A DNA stretch of 64,000 nucleotides from Anaerolineae bacterium (GTDB lineage: Bacteria > Chloroflexota > Anaerolineae > Aggregatilineales > Phototrophicaceae), in contig JAIOHM010000159.1 in the NCBI GenBank assembly GCA_019912965.1, forward strand, positions 55,650 through 119,649, given 5' to 3'. Below are positions 9,221 to 18,908 of this stretch, piece after piece; positions within the stretch are counted from its first letter, which is position 1, and the number at the start of each line of letters is the position of its first letter. The notes beneath the pieces were generated by a model. That model was not told the DNA's origin. It saw only the letters and a list, made by a program, of their open reading frames with translations, and did no database searches. The position numbers and the translations under genes were made by a program.

Positions 9221-10375
9221 ATGACCAAACGAAAACTAAAACTTGCTGCATCCATTATTGGGCTGCTGATTCTGATCGCATTGATTGCCGTTGTAGTACT
9301 CTATTCGATTTTGATACGCACCACAAAGATAAGCAGCAGCTCTGATCTGGCGAATCTCCCACTGAACACATGGGGGCGAATCGACCTAAGTGACAAAACG
9401 GTATGCAGCGATGGATCAGATTATCGGATTTACGTTCGGCGCGGCGAAACGGATAATCTGCTCATTCACTTTTCGGGCGGAGGCGCAGCCTGGGATGCTG
9501 AGACAGCCTCGCACCCTATCGAGGTGAACAATATTTCGGGTTATTATTTTGCCTACATCTGGGAGATTTTGCGGGCTGTTCTGGGCGGAATCTTCCAGCA
9601 GGATAATCCCAAGAATCCATTTCACAACTGGAATGAAGTTTATATCCCCTACTGCACCGCTGACTTTCACATCGGCGCAGCAACAGTCAACTACTCACTC
9701 GCAAATGGCGAAACCCAAACTATTCACCACAATGGACAGCAAAATGTAACCGAGGCATTGGATTGGGTTTACACCACATTCAACAATCCGGGCAAACTGG
9801 TTATTTCTGGAGAGAGCGCCGGGGCATTTGGCTCCACCTTCTGGACACCATCCATCGCTGAACATTATGCACAAAGCCATATTTACCATATCGGGGATGG
9901 GTCTTACCTTGAAAGCCCGCGGTGGAATGAAATTATTGAAACTGTGTGGCAGGCGGATCCAGAGAATAATTTGGATTTTGAGGTTGGGGATGATCTGATT
10001 GGCAGCGCATATCTGCATTACAATCAGAGTTCACCAGCCAATGTAACCTATTTGCACATCAATACTGTATACGATGAGGTTCTGATTTGGTTCAGCGCAA
10101 AGCTCAATGAGGTTACTGATTACAGCAACCATGCTGAAATCTGGTCACAAGGGCTGCGCGATTCGATCAGACAAGTCGATACATCCGACCTAAACTACTA
10201 CTACTACATCACCGATTATGGGCTCAACCCCGAAAAACCCAGCACCCCTCACACCAGCATTGGCGCGCCGCTGTTTTACGAAATGGAGCAAGACGGTGTC
10301 AAGCTGTTTGAATGGGTGCAAAAAATCGTTCTAGAGAATGAGCATTTTTCGGTTGGTTCGCAATTTCTGCAATAG
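9221..10375 (+). CDS. Pectinacetylesterase-family hydrolase, N-terminal membrane anchor
   Basis: CSDGS, FSGGGA.W, YIPYCTADFH, GESAG nucleophile elbow. Confidence 0.85.
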   Translation: MTKRKLKLAASIIGLLILIALIAVVVLYSILIRTTKISSSSDLANLPLNTWGRIDLSDKTVCSDGSDYRIYVRRGETDNLLIHFSGGGAAWDAETASHPIEVNNISGYYFAYIWEILRAVLGGIFQQDNPKNPFHNWNEVYIPYCTADFHIGAATVNYSLANGETQTIHHNGQQNVTEALDWVYTTFNNPGKLVISGESAGAFGSTFWTPSIAEHYAQSHIYHIGDGSYLESPRWNEIIETVWQADPENNLDFEVGDDLIGSAYLHYNQSSPANVTYLHINTVYDEVLIWFSAKLNEVTDYSNHAEIWSQGLRDSIRQVDTSDLNYYYYITDYGLNPEKPSTPHTSIGAPLFYEMEQDGVKLFEWVQKIVLENEHFSVGSQFLQ

Positions 10376-10478
10376 AGCATGTTTCGCCTCAAACTAATTC
10401 AAGGGCTTGCCATACCAGAACAATTGTGCTTAAATTCATTGTAATTTGGGCAATGAACAAATACATGAGGGTAGAAGC

Positions 10479-11159
10479 ATGAGCCTTGTCTATGAAGAAC
10501 GGTTGTCGGACTCGCCTTATGTAGAGTTGATTACACAGGGTCGAACTATTGGTAGTAGTTCTACAGTACGGCCATCCGAGATCCATTGGCACATGGTCTT
10601 TGTGAAGCACAATGACCATCTACAACCTCTGGTTGTGGGGCCTTTAACTACATCTGGCACCGTAAATTTTATCGAAGGCGTTGAACTGCTTTGGATCAAG
10701 TTTAAACTTGGCACCTTTATGCCCCATCTGCCTGTAAAGAATTTTCTGGATGCCGAAACAGCCATGCCTGATGCATCCAGCAAGTCCTTCTGGCTGAAGG
10801 GTTCTGCATGGCAATTTCCTAGCTATGAAAATGTTGACACGTTTATTGACAGACTTGTGCACGATGATGTGCTGGTATGTGATCCAATCGTGAACGCCGC
10901 ATTACAAGATGCGCTACCAGAGACGCCATCCCGGACAGTACGGCATCGTTTCTTACACGCCACAGGATTAACGCAAAACCACATTCATCAATTTGAGCGT
11001 GCTAAATATGCAGCGACCCTCTTAGAGCAAGGTGTTTCGATCCTCGACACCGTTCATGAAGCGGGTTATTTCGACCAGCCCCATCTGACCAGATCGTTGA
11101 AACGCTTCATCGGCAAAACCCCCGCCCAGCAACTCGTTCGTATATGTGAACCTGAGTAA
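10479..11159 (+). CDS. AraC-family transcriptional regulator (DUF6597-type N terminus)
   Basis: C-terminal AGYFDQPHLTRSLKRFIGKTP helix-turn-helix. Confidence 0.9.
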   Translation: MSLVYEERLSDSPYVELITQGRTIGSSSTVRPSEIHWHMVFVKHNDHLQPLVVGPLTTSGTVNFIEGVELLWIKFKLGTFMPHLPVKNFLDAETAMPDASSKSFWLKGSAWQFPSYENVDTFIDRLVHDDVLVCDPIVNAALQDALPETPSRTVRHRFLHATGLTQNHIHQFERAKYAATLLEQGVSILDTVHEAGYFDQPHLTRSLKRFIGKTPAQQLVRICEPE

Positions 11160-11160
11160 C

Positions 11161-11204
11161 TTGCCATTTTATACAAGACAGTCTCATTGCGGTTGCATTA
11201 TCAT
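11161..11204 (+). promoter_or_regulatory. Probable AraC-activated promoter
   Basis: TTGCCATTTTATACAAGAC just after the AraC stop, overlapping the expected -35 of -10 TATCAT (11199-11204). Confidence 0.45.
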
Positions 11205-11255
11205 ACAAATGTTCTGATAAGAATTCTGATAACGCAAATCAAGGAGAAACCTGTT

Positions 11256-11756
11256 ATGAGCGCTGAAACCAAGAAACGTGATCTGATTATCACCCGCGTT
11301 TTTGATGTGCCAGTTGAGCAGGTTTGGAATGCCTGGAGCAATTCCGATCAGGTCATGCGCTGGTGGGGGCCAACAGGCTTTACTTGCCCGGTTGCCAAAA
11401 TGGATTTTCGTGAGGGTGGGACATCTCTGGTTTGCATGAGAGCGCCAAAGGAATTCGGCGGCCAAGATATGTACAGCACCTGGACATATCAAAAAATTGT
11501 ACCCATGCAACAGATTGACTTTATCCAAAATTTTGCCGACGAAAACGCCAATCAGATCGACCCTATCACATTAGGTTTACCACCGGATATGCCACAGAAA
11601 GTACGTAGTCTTGTAATCTTCAAAGCCATCGGAAACAACAGGACAGAAATAAACATCACCGAATTCGGCTATACATCAGACCAAATAATCGAGTTATCCA
11701 AAGCTGGCATGGAACAATGCCTCGATAAGATGGCGGCAAGTTTTACCGAGGTTTAA
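11256..11756 (+). CDS. SRPBCC/AHSA1-domain protein
   Basis: ITRVFDVPVEQVWNAWS..WWGP, DFREGG; RBS AAGGAG before ATG 11256. Confidence 0.88.
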   Translation: MSAETKKRDLIITRVFDVPVEQVWNAWSNSDQVMRWWGPTGFTCPVAKMDFREGGTSLVCMRAPKEFGGQDMYSTWTYQKIVPMQQIDFIQNFADENANQIDPITLGLPPDMPQKVRSLVIFKAIGNNRTEINITEFGYTSDQIIELSKAGMEQCLDKMAASFTEV

Positions 11757-11784
11757 GAACCTGAACATATAAAACGAAGGGTGA

Positions 11785-12375
11785 ATGAATATGGGAAAAG
11801 TCAGTGTAGGTTTCACAATGTCGCTGGATGGGTTTATTGCTGAACCGAACGACGATGTTGGGCGGTTGTTCAAGTGGTACTTCGGCGGCGACATCGCTAT
11901 TCCAGTACCGGGCACATCGATGGTATTTAAGGTCGCACCTGCCAGTGTCGAAATCATTCAGGAGTTACTCGACGCCTATGGGGCAATCGTGACGGGGCGG
12001 AGAGATTTCGACGTCTCCAAAGCATGGGGCGGCAAAAGCCCTTTGGGTGTACCCGTTTTTATCGTTACCCATAATGCACCGCAGGAATGGGCACATTCGG
12101 AGTGGTTCACATTCGTCACCGACGGTGTTGAAAGTGCTCTGGAACAGGCAAAAAAAGCCGCAGGGGATAAGAAGGTCGCAGTTGGAGGCACGACGATCAC
12201 CCAACAGCTCCTGAAAGCCGGACTGCTGGATGAGATTCACATCGATCTTGCTCCTATTCTGCTTGGAGACGGCATCCGGTTATTCGATCATTTAGGCACA
12301 CCAATTGAACTGGAAAGCACAAGGGTGATTGAGTCGAAATTCGCAACCCATTTGACATTTCGCATCGTAAAGTAA
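11785..12375 (+). CDS. Dihydrofolate reductase-like (RibD C-terminal) protein
   Basis: MSLDGFIA, GRRDF, VGG, LLDEIHIDLAPILLGDGIRLF. Confidence 0.88.
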   Translation: MNMGKVSVGFTMSLDGFIAEPNDDVGRLFKWYFGGDIAIPVPGTSMVFKVAPASVEIIQELLDAYGAIVTGRRDFDVSKAWGGKSPLGVPVFIVTHNAPQEWAHSEWFTFVTDGVESALEQAKKAAGDKKVAVGGTTITQQLLKAGLLDEIHIDLAPILLGDGIRLFDHLGTPIELESTRVIESKFATHLTFRIVK

Positions 12376-12507
12376 GGTAGCCTTTATTGTCAATCTATTG
12401 GGATTACCCACCTATTTCGCTCTGGCAAACACCCACACCGCAAACGGCAATTGAATGATCTGCAAGCCTCCTAAGATGCTTCATTGGCAAACAAAGGATA
12501 TTGGACT

Positions 12508-13602
12508 ATGTCCACAGAAATTGGCGCGGTACAGTTTATCGAAAGTCTAGAGTCCTACCGTTCGCCAGAAGAACTTAAGAAAATTCAGCGTTATTTTAAA
12601 ACTGGCGAAGGCCAATATGGTGAGGGTGATGTTTTTATGGGTGTGCGGATGGGACAAGTCTTCGAACTTGCCAAAACATTTATTGATATGCCGCCCAACG
12701 AGATTGAAAAACTGCTCGAAAGTCCGATCCACGAGGTAAGAGCTGGCGCACTTAGCATTATGGGCAAACAAACCAGCAGAAAAAAGACGCCTGAAAGCCG
12801 CAAAAAGGAACTTTTCGATCTTTATATAAGACGCCATGATCGAGTGAATAACTGGGATTTGGTTGATCTTGGCGCCCTATATGTCGTCGGCAACTACCTA
12901 TTTGATAAACCGCGCGATGTTTTGTACAAGCTGGCACACTCTGAAAATCTATGGGAACGCCGCACGGCCATTGTCAGCACTGCCTATTTTATTAAGCAGG
13001 GTGATGTAGATGATACCTTCAAAATCGCGGAAATTTTGCTTCACGACGCCCAAGATTTAATCCACAAAGCGACGGGGTGGATGCTGCGTACGGCAGGCTC
13101 AAATGATCGTCAAAAACTGCTGCACTTTTTAGATCAATATGCCCCAACAATGCCACGCACACTCTTACGTTACGCAATTGAACATCTTGATAAAGAACAA
13201 CGGACGCATTATTTGAACATGAAGAAACCTCAACAACCGGTGAATAAAACCGAAGCAGTCGATGCATACATGGAAAAACTCGATCACCCACTTAAAGCTG
13301 AGGCGCAGACCATTCGAGATATCATCAAAAATGTCCACCCGGATATTACCGAGCAGATCAAATGGAACGCCCCCAGTTTTAGCTACAAAGGTTACATGGT
13401 GACGTTTAACCTGCGCGCTAAACAGCATGTGCATCTCGTTTTCCATAACGGCGCAATTCTAAGTCATGAAAGTGGATTGCTGGAAGGCGATTATCCTGAT
13501 CGACGAATGGCCTATTTTTCCGATATGGAAACTGTGGAAGCCAAAAAAGAAGCTCTCGAAAATGCCGTGAGGGAGTGGATAGAAAAGAGGGATCAAGAAT
13601 GA
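12508..13602 (+). CDS. DNA alkylation repair protein (AlkD-like) fused to a DUF1801 domain
   Basis: VNNWDLVD, WERR, LIHKATGWMLR, MPRTLLRYAIE, then VDAYM...EQIKWNAPSF (DUF1801). Confidence 0.85.
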   Translation: MSTEIGAVQFIESLESYRSPEELKKIQRYFKTGEGQYGEGDVFMGVRMGQVFELAKTFIDMPPNEIEKLLESPIHEVRAGALSIMGKQTSRKKTPESRKKELFDLYIRRHDRVNNWDLVDLGALYVVGNYLFDKPRDVLYKLAHSENLWERRTAIVSTAYFIKQGDVDDTFKIAEILLHDAQDLIHKATGWMLRTAGSNDRQKLLHFLDQYAPTMPRTLLRYAIEHLDKEQRTHYLNMKKPQQPVNKTEAVDAYMEKLDHPLKAEAQTIRDIIKNVHPDITEQIKWNAPSFSYKGYMVTFNLRAKQHVHLVFHNGAILSHESGLLEGDYPDRRMAYFSDMETVEAKKEALENAVREWIEKRDQE

Positions 13603-13700
13603 TGTCTCACAACGCACTGCCCTATCCGCGACATTAGGTAGTGTTGACAGAATGATATTTTCTATTTCGAGAAACTGCTATCGATTACACGCTGCGATAA

Positions 13701-15023
13701 TTATGTGAAAAATGATTCAGGAAGGTTCAAGGAACGAGAAGGATGTTTGTCCATCAGTTTTAGCTGCCCCTCCTCAACCTGCATCAACGGTGTATATGTT
13801 GGATAGTCGGCACTGTGTTTGAACTGCCATTCGCCAATGCTCCACAGACGAAGAGCATTGTTGACCCGGTTGACAGATACAACAAAAGGAAGTCGCTCAT
13901 AAAGGGCGCGGACTAGCGTTTCACCCTGCCCCACATCTGCACGGCGAGCCAGCATCCCCAAAGCATTTTGCAAACGCTTGGCAAAAATAGCGCCCCGGAA
14001 CGACCAGATTTGGCGCGGCGCATCAGCTAATTCCAGCAATGGTGCGATACTTTGGGGTTCGTCCGCCCGAACTTCATCCAGCAGCAAGCAGGCAGGTTTG
14101 GATTCCAATGCACGGGTGATTTGTTCGCCAAACGAAAATCCCGGTTGATCGCCCACAGGCCATTTAACAACGAAATGCTCGGCACCAGCAGGCAGTTGCA
14201 GTTCACCTGCACGCTCAACAGCGATCATCCGGGTCGGAATAGCACTAGCAAATAAACTGAGAAAGGTTGTTTTGCCGGACTCTGGTTCACCGACAATCAA
14301 GACGCCGTGATTAGAAACAGCCAATGCCTTGAGCAACTGTGCAGCCTGTTCAGTCATGAAACCGCTGGTAATCAGGTCATCCCAATCAGGTAGCGATTTA
14401 GGATGGACGCGGATGTCCACCGTCAACTGGAAAGCGACAGGAGGGGCTACCAAATTGACAGAAACCGCCCTTTCACCCACCCGCAAACCAAATTCGATGT
14501 AAGGCTGATTCTCGCGCAGTTCCGCGCCTGCATCAAACAACAAACGTTTCACAACACGGCGAAAATGGTCAGCATCCTGAAATAGCGGGCCGAGAGGTGT
14601 GAGATCGCCATGCTCATAACGGACAGCAGCTTTATCCACACCTTCTAGCGAGATGGTTGTCACCCGATCATCAAGAAATAGTGTATCTAAAGGGCCATAA
14701 CTAAACAGGTTACTATAAACACGAGTAATGAGATCCGCTTTTTCCTGCTGCGATAGCTGTGCTGATTCAACAGAGAGAATGTAATCCGCCGTTTCCAACA
14801 CCAATTTCAGCCGTTTGGAAGGTGTATCAGCCTCTACCAATGCGGGCGAATTTTCGTCATGTTCTTCGCGAAATGCGACTTCGATCTGTTCAGCCAGTGC
14901 AGCCAGTGAAATCCAACGACTGCCCAACTGCGCTGGAACCAGATGCGGTTCACGACCTTTATCAGCATCAAGACGCGGGCGGCGCACTGGACGTTCAGCG
15001 TTATCATGGTTGTTTTCAGACAT
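13701..15023 (-). CDS. Divergent CpaF/TadA-like secretion ATPase
   Basis: YGPLDTLFLDDRVTTI, Walker A GEPESGKTT, VERAGEL, Walker B LLLDEVR; His box not recognisable. Confidence 0.75.
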   Translation of the reverse strand: MSENNHDNAERPVRRPRLDADKGREPHLVPAQLGSRWISLAALAEQIEVAFREEHDENSPALVEADTPSKRLKLVLETADYILSVESAQLSQQEKADLITRVYSNLFSYGPLDTLFLDDRVTTISLEGVDKAAVRYEHGDLTPLGPLFQDADHFRRVVKRLLFDAGAELRENQPYIEFGLRVGERAVSVNLVAPPVAFQLTVDIRVHPKSLPDWDDLITSGFMTEQAAQLLKALAVSNHGVLIVGEPESGKTTFLSLFASAIPTRMIAVERAGELQLPAGAEHFVVKWPVGDQPGFSFGEQITRALESKPACLLLDEVRADEPQSIAPLLELADAPRQIWSFRGAIFAKRLQNALGMLARRADVGQGETLVRALYERLPFVVSVNRVNNALRLWSIGEWQFKHSADYPTYTPLMQVEEGQLKLMDKHPSRSLNLPESFFT

Positions 15024-15037
15024 TTGAGTACCTCAGT

Positions 15038-16378
15038 CTAAAATTGGCTCAAATCAACAGGCTTTAGCTGCTCATTATCATTCGGTTTGCGACCTGTTTT
15101 CGCCATATCAACCCATTGATCGCGGATTTTGACACGCACAATGTCCATTGTGAAGTCGGTGTTCACATCCTCAGCATTGCGAAGCAGCGTTGACCCCACC
15201 CCATACATATCAACCGGGACATTTTCGCGCTCAAAACGTTCGATTTTGACAGCATTAAAACCACCACTCACAACGATTTTGATATTGCGACAATAGGCTT
15301 TGGCAATATCTATCCACGGTTCTGGCACATTCCAGCCTTCCCAGGCTTTATCCAATGCATCACGCACAATGCGTACCAAAGCGGAGGATACCCCGCCACC
15401 AGCGACAGGAGGCACCGAGACATCACGCATATTGGCACTGGTATCCAACCGAATACCAAACAGAGTCCAGCGTTTCTGGGCATCCGCATCATCTGTTTGG
15501 AGAGCAGCTAAATAACGCGGCCAATAGGCCTGCAATGTAGACAGAGATGCCGTTACTGTATCGTTATTGAAATCAACCAACGCAACCCGGAGAACATGAG
15601 ACGGAACATATTCAGCAAAAGCAACCATCGCTTCAGCAGTATCTGCCATAAAGCAGGCAATCAAGGCATGGGGAACCGTGCCACTGCCACGCCCATCCCA
15701 CCATTGAGCCTGGGCATCTGTACTGACCAGTGGCTGGACCTGCATGGCGTTATCGTAGTTATAACGCTGGACAGCTAACCAGTAAGCATAACCATCAATT
15801 GGTTGTGTTTCCGGCAAATCGAAACGAGCAGGGAAGAACAAAACAGATTTTCCTCTGGCCACATATAAAACGTTGTACACATTGGTGGCAATTCGGCTGG
15901 CACGGGTCAGCACACCAAGAATGGGGGTTTCCAGCAAGGCAAAATCCCGGTACCGTCCCCGTATACGGATGACGGGCTGGACATCTTCAGTATTACCGGA
16001 AAACCGAGTAAAAGCTCCATCTTCGACCGCTTCAACCTCAAGTCGATCCGAGGTATCCACAAACTGATCATTTTGATGAAACCCGGTTACATGTCTCAAC
16101 ATGGCTAAAACAACATCTACCCCGGCAACCACAGCTAATGGCGAACGGCGGTTAAAAACCTGGACTTCGACTTCCAAATCCCCTATCGACAACCCGGATA
16201 CATCTACAGAAACATGACGACTATCCTGCCCAGCAAAGGTATAACCTGCCGCTTTTGCTCCTTCCAGCACAAGGACGACATTTTCAAAGTATTTGTCGCT
16301 GTAATATCCACGGCGCAACCCATCCAAGTCCAGCTTGAATAGATTGGTTGGCAGGCGCTTGTGGTTAAAAATCGTCAT
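15038..16378 (-). CDS. pncB: Nicotinate phosphoribosyltransferase
   Basis: YSDKYF, LETPILG, FFPAR, GTVPHALI (phospho-His), RLDTS, IVVSGGF, GVGS; RBS AGGA before ATG 16378. Confidence 0.88.
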   Translation of the reverse strand: MTIFNHKRLPTNLFKLDLDGLRRGYYSDKYFENVVLVLEGAKAAGYTFAGQDSRHVSVDVSGLSIGDLEVEVQVFNRRSPLAVVAGVDVVLAMLRHVTGFHQNDQFVDTSDRLEVEAVEDGAFTRFSGNTEDVQPVIRIRGRYRDFALLETPILGVLTRASRIATNVYNVLYVARGKSVLFFPARFDLPETQPIDGYAYWLAVQRYNYDNAMQVQPLVSTDAQAQWWDGRGSGTVPHALIACFMADTAEAMVAFAEYVPSHVLRVALVDFNNDTVTASLSTLQAYWPRYLAALQTDDADAQKRWTLFGIRLDTSANMRDVSVPPVAGGGVSSALVRIVRDALDKAWEGWNVPEPWIDIAKAYCRNIKIVVSGGFNAVKIERFERENVPVDMYGVGSTLLRNAEDVNTDFTMDIVRVKIRDQWVDMAKTGRKPNDNEQLKPVDLSQF

Positions 16379-16439
16379 GAACAATCCTAATCGTCACGAT
16401 AATCTATCCAATTCTATTCTACACCGCCCTTCCGGGCTG

Positions 16440-16448
16440 TGATATACT
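16440..16448 (+). promoter_or_regulatory. Extended -10 promoter element
   Basis: TG-A-TATACT upstream of the kinase gene; divergent TAGAAT on the minus strand at 16416-16421. Confidence 0.5.
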
Positions 16449-16492
16449 TGCACATTCTTCCGTCCGAATTCAGCTCTTCAATGGGAATCTCA

Positions 16493-17458
16493 ATGGATAT
16501 TATCGTAACCGGTTCTATCGCATATGACTACTTAATGCGCTTTCCGGGGCATTTCTCTGAATATTTTATCCCCGACCAACTCCATCATCTCAGCGTCAGT
16601 TTTCTGGTCGAAGAGATGACCAAACACCAAGGCGGCATCGCCGCGAACATCGCTTACACAATGGCGCTACTCGGCCTCCGTCCCAAGTTGTTCGGGACAG
16701 TTGGGCGCGATTTTGGGGATTATCGCGCATGGCTGGATCGCGCGGGGGTTGATACCAGCACCGTGCGACAGCTTGACGATGTATTCACGGCCTCGTTTTT
16801 CGTCAACACTGATCTGGATAACAACCAGATTGCGTCGTTTTACAGTGGTGCAATGGCCTACGCAAAAAATTACTATCTGGCTGATATTTACGATGGCAAG
16901 CCAGGTATGGTAATTATCTCCCCGAATGATCCACAGGCGATGCAAAATCTGGCAAAAGAATGCCGGGAACGGCATATCCGTTTCATCTATGACCCCAGCC
17001 AACAAGTGCCTCGGTTAAGCGGTGAAGAACTTTACCGTGATATGCAGGGGGCGTATGCAATGGTGGTCAACTCCTATGAAGCAGAACTGATCTGCAAGAA
17101 AACCGAACAAACAATGGAAGACCTGCGCCGAACTATTGAAATTCTGGTCATTACCCAAGGGAAGCGCGGCGCGACCATTTATCTCAATGGTGATCTGATT
17201 GAAGTCCCGGCCTTCCCCACTGACAAAATCAAAGACCCCACTGGTGGTGGCGATGCTTTCCGTGCGGGCTTGCTGCGGGGAATCGCGGCGGATTGGCCGC
17301 TAAAATTGGCGGCTGAAGTTGGCTCGCTTTGCGCGACTTATGTGTTGGAAAATGTGGGAACACAGAACCATCATTTTACCCGGCAAGATTTCGTCCAGCG
17401 ATTCCGCACTGAATTTGATGACGCTGGTTTGCTGGATGCGCTGATCGATCCGAAATGA
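16493..17458 (+). CDS. PfkB-family carbohydrate kinase, probable adenosine kinase
   Basis: GSIAYD, GGIAANIAY, DPSQQ, DPTGGGDAFRAG; adjacent to ahcY. Confidence 0.85.
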   Translation: MDIIVTGSIAYDYLMRFPGHFSEYFIPDQLHHLSVSFLVEEMTKHQGGIAANIAYTMALLGLRPKLFGTVGRDFGDYRAWLDRAGVDTSTVRQLDDVFTASFFVNTDLDNNQIASFYSGAMAYAKNYYLADIYDGKPGMVIISPNDPQAMQNLAKECRERHIRFIYDPSQQVPRLSGEELYRDMQGAYAMVVNSYEAELICKKTEQTMEDLRRTIEILVITQGKRGATIYLNGDLIEVPAFPTDKIKDPTGGGDAFRAGLLRGIAADWPLKLAAEVGSLCATYVLENVGTQNHHFTRQDFVQRFRTEFDDAGLLDALIDPK

Positions 17459-17496
17459 TCGTATAGCAATCGCCCGTTTTACTCTGGCGGCATCAA

Positions 17497-17505
17497 TGAT
17501 ACAAT
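17497..17505 (+). promoter_or_regulatory. Extended -10 promoter element for ahcY
   Basis: TG-A-TACAAT. Confidence 0.5.
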
Positions 17506-17540
17506 CCAGCCGTTTTGCCGCCCGGTTGATGAAAATTTGA

Positions 17541-18812
<1,272 letters not shown>

Positions 18813-18827
18813 GCAGTTCACCTGCTC

Positions 18828-18871
18828 AATGCCGAGTTTCAAACAGAAAGTTCTACAAAGAATTCGGCATT
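18828..18871. repeat. Intergenic inverted repeat after ahcY
   Basis: AATGCCGAGTT/AATTCGGCATT 11-bp stem (one G-U), no U-tract. Confidence 0.55.
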
Positions 18872-18908
18872 AGAGGTTCACTGGTTGGGCGGAGGAAAAG
18901 GAGTTCGT

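Noticed and set aside
12376-12507. Possible gene remnant or sRNA in the spacer
   Set aside because: No convincing ORF, stem or homology visible.
13701-15023. Tad pilus or conjugation locus
   Set aside because: No pilin, TadB/C or VirB/VirD4 genes nearby.
16389-16401. ATCGT-C-ACGAT palindrome upstream of pncB as an NrtR-type operator
   Set aside because: Too short, does not fit the longer NrtR palindrome as I recall it, and no matching copy upstream of the pncA-like gene.
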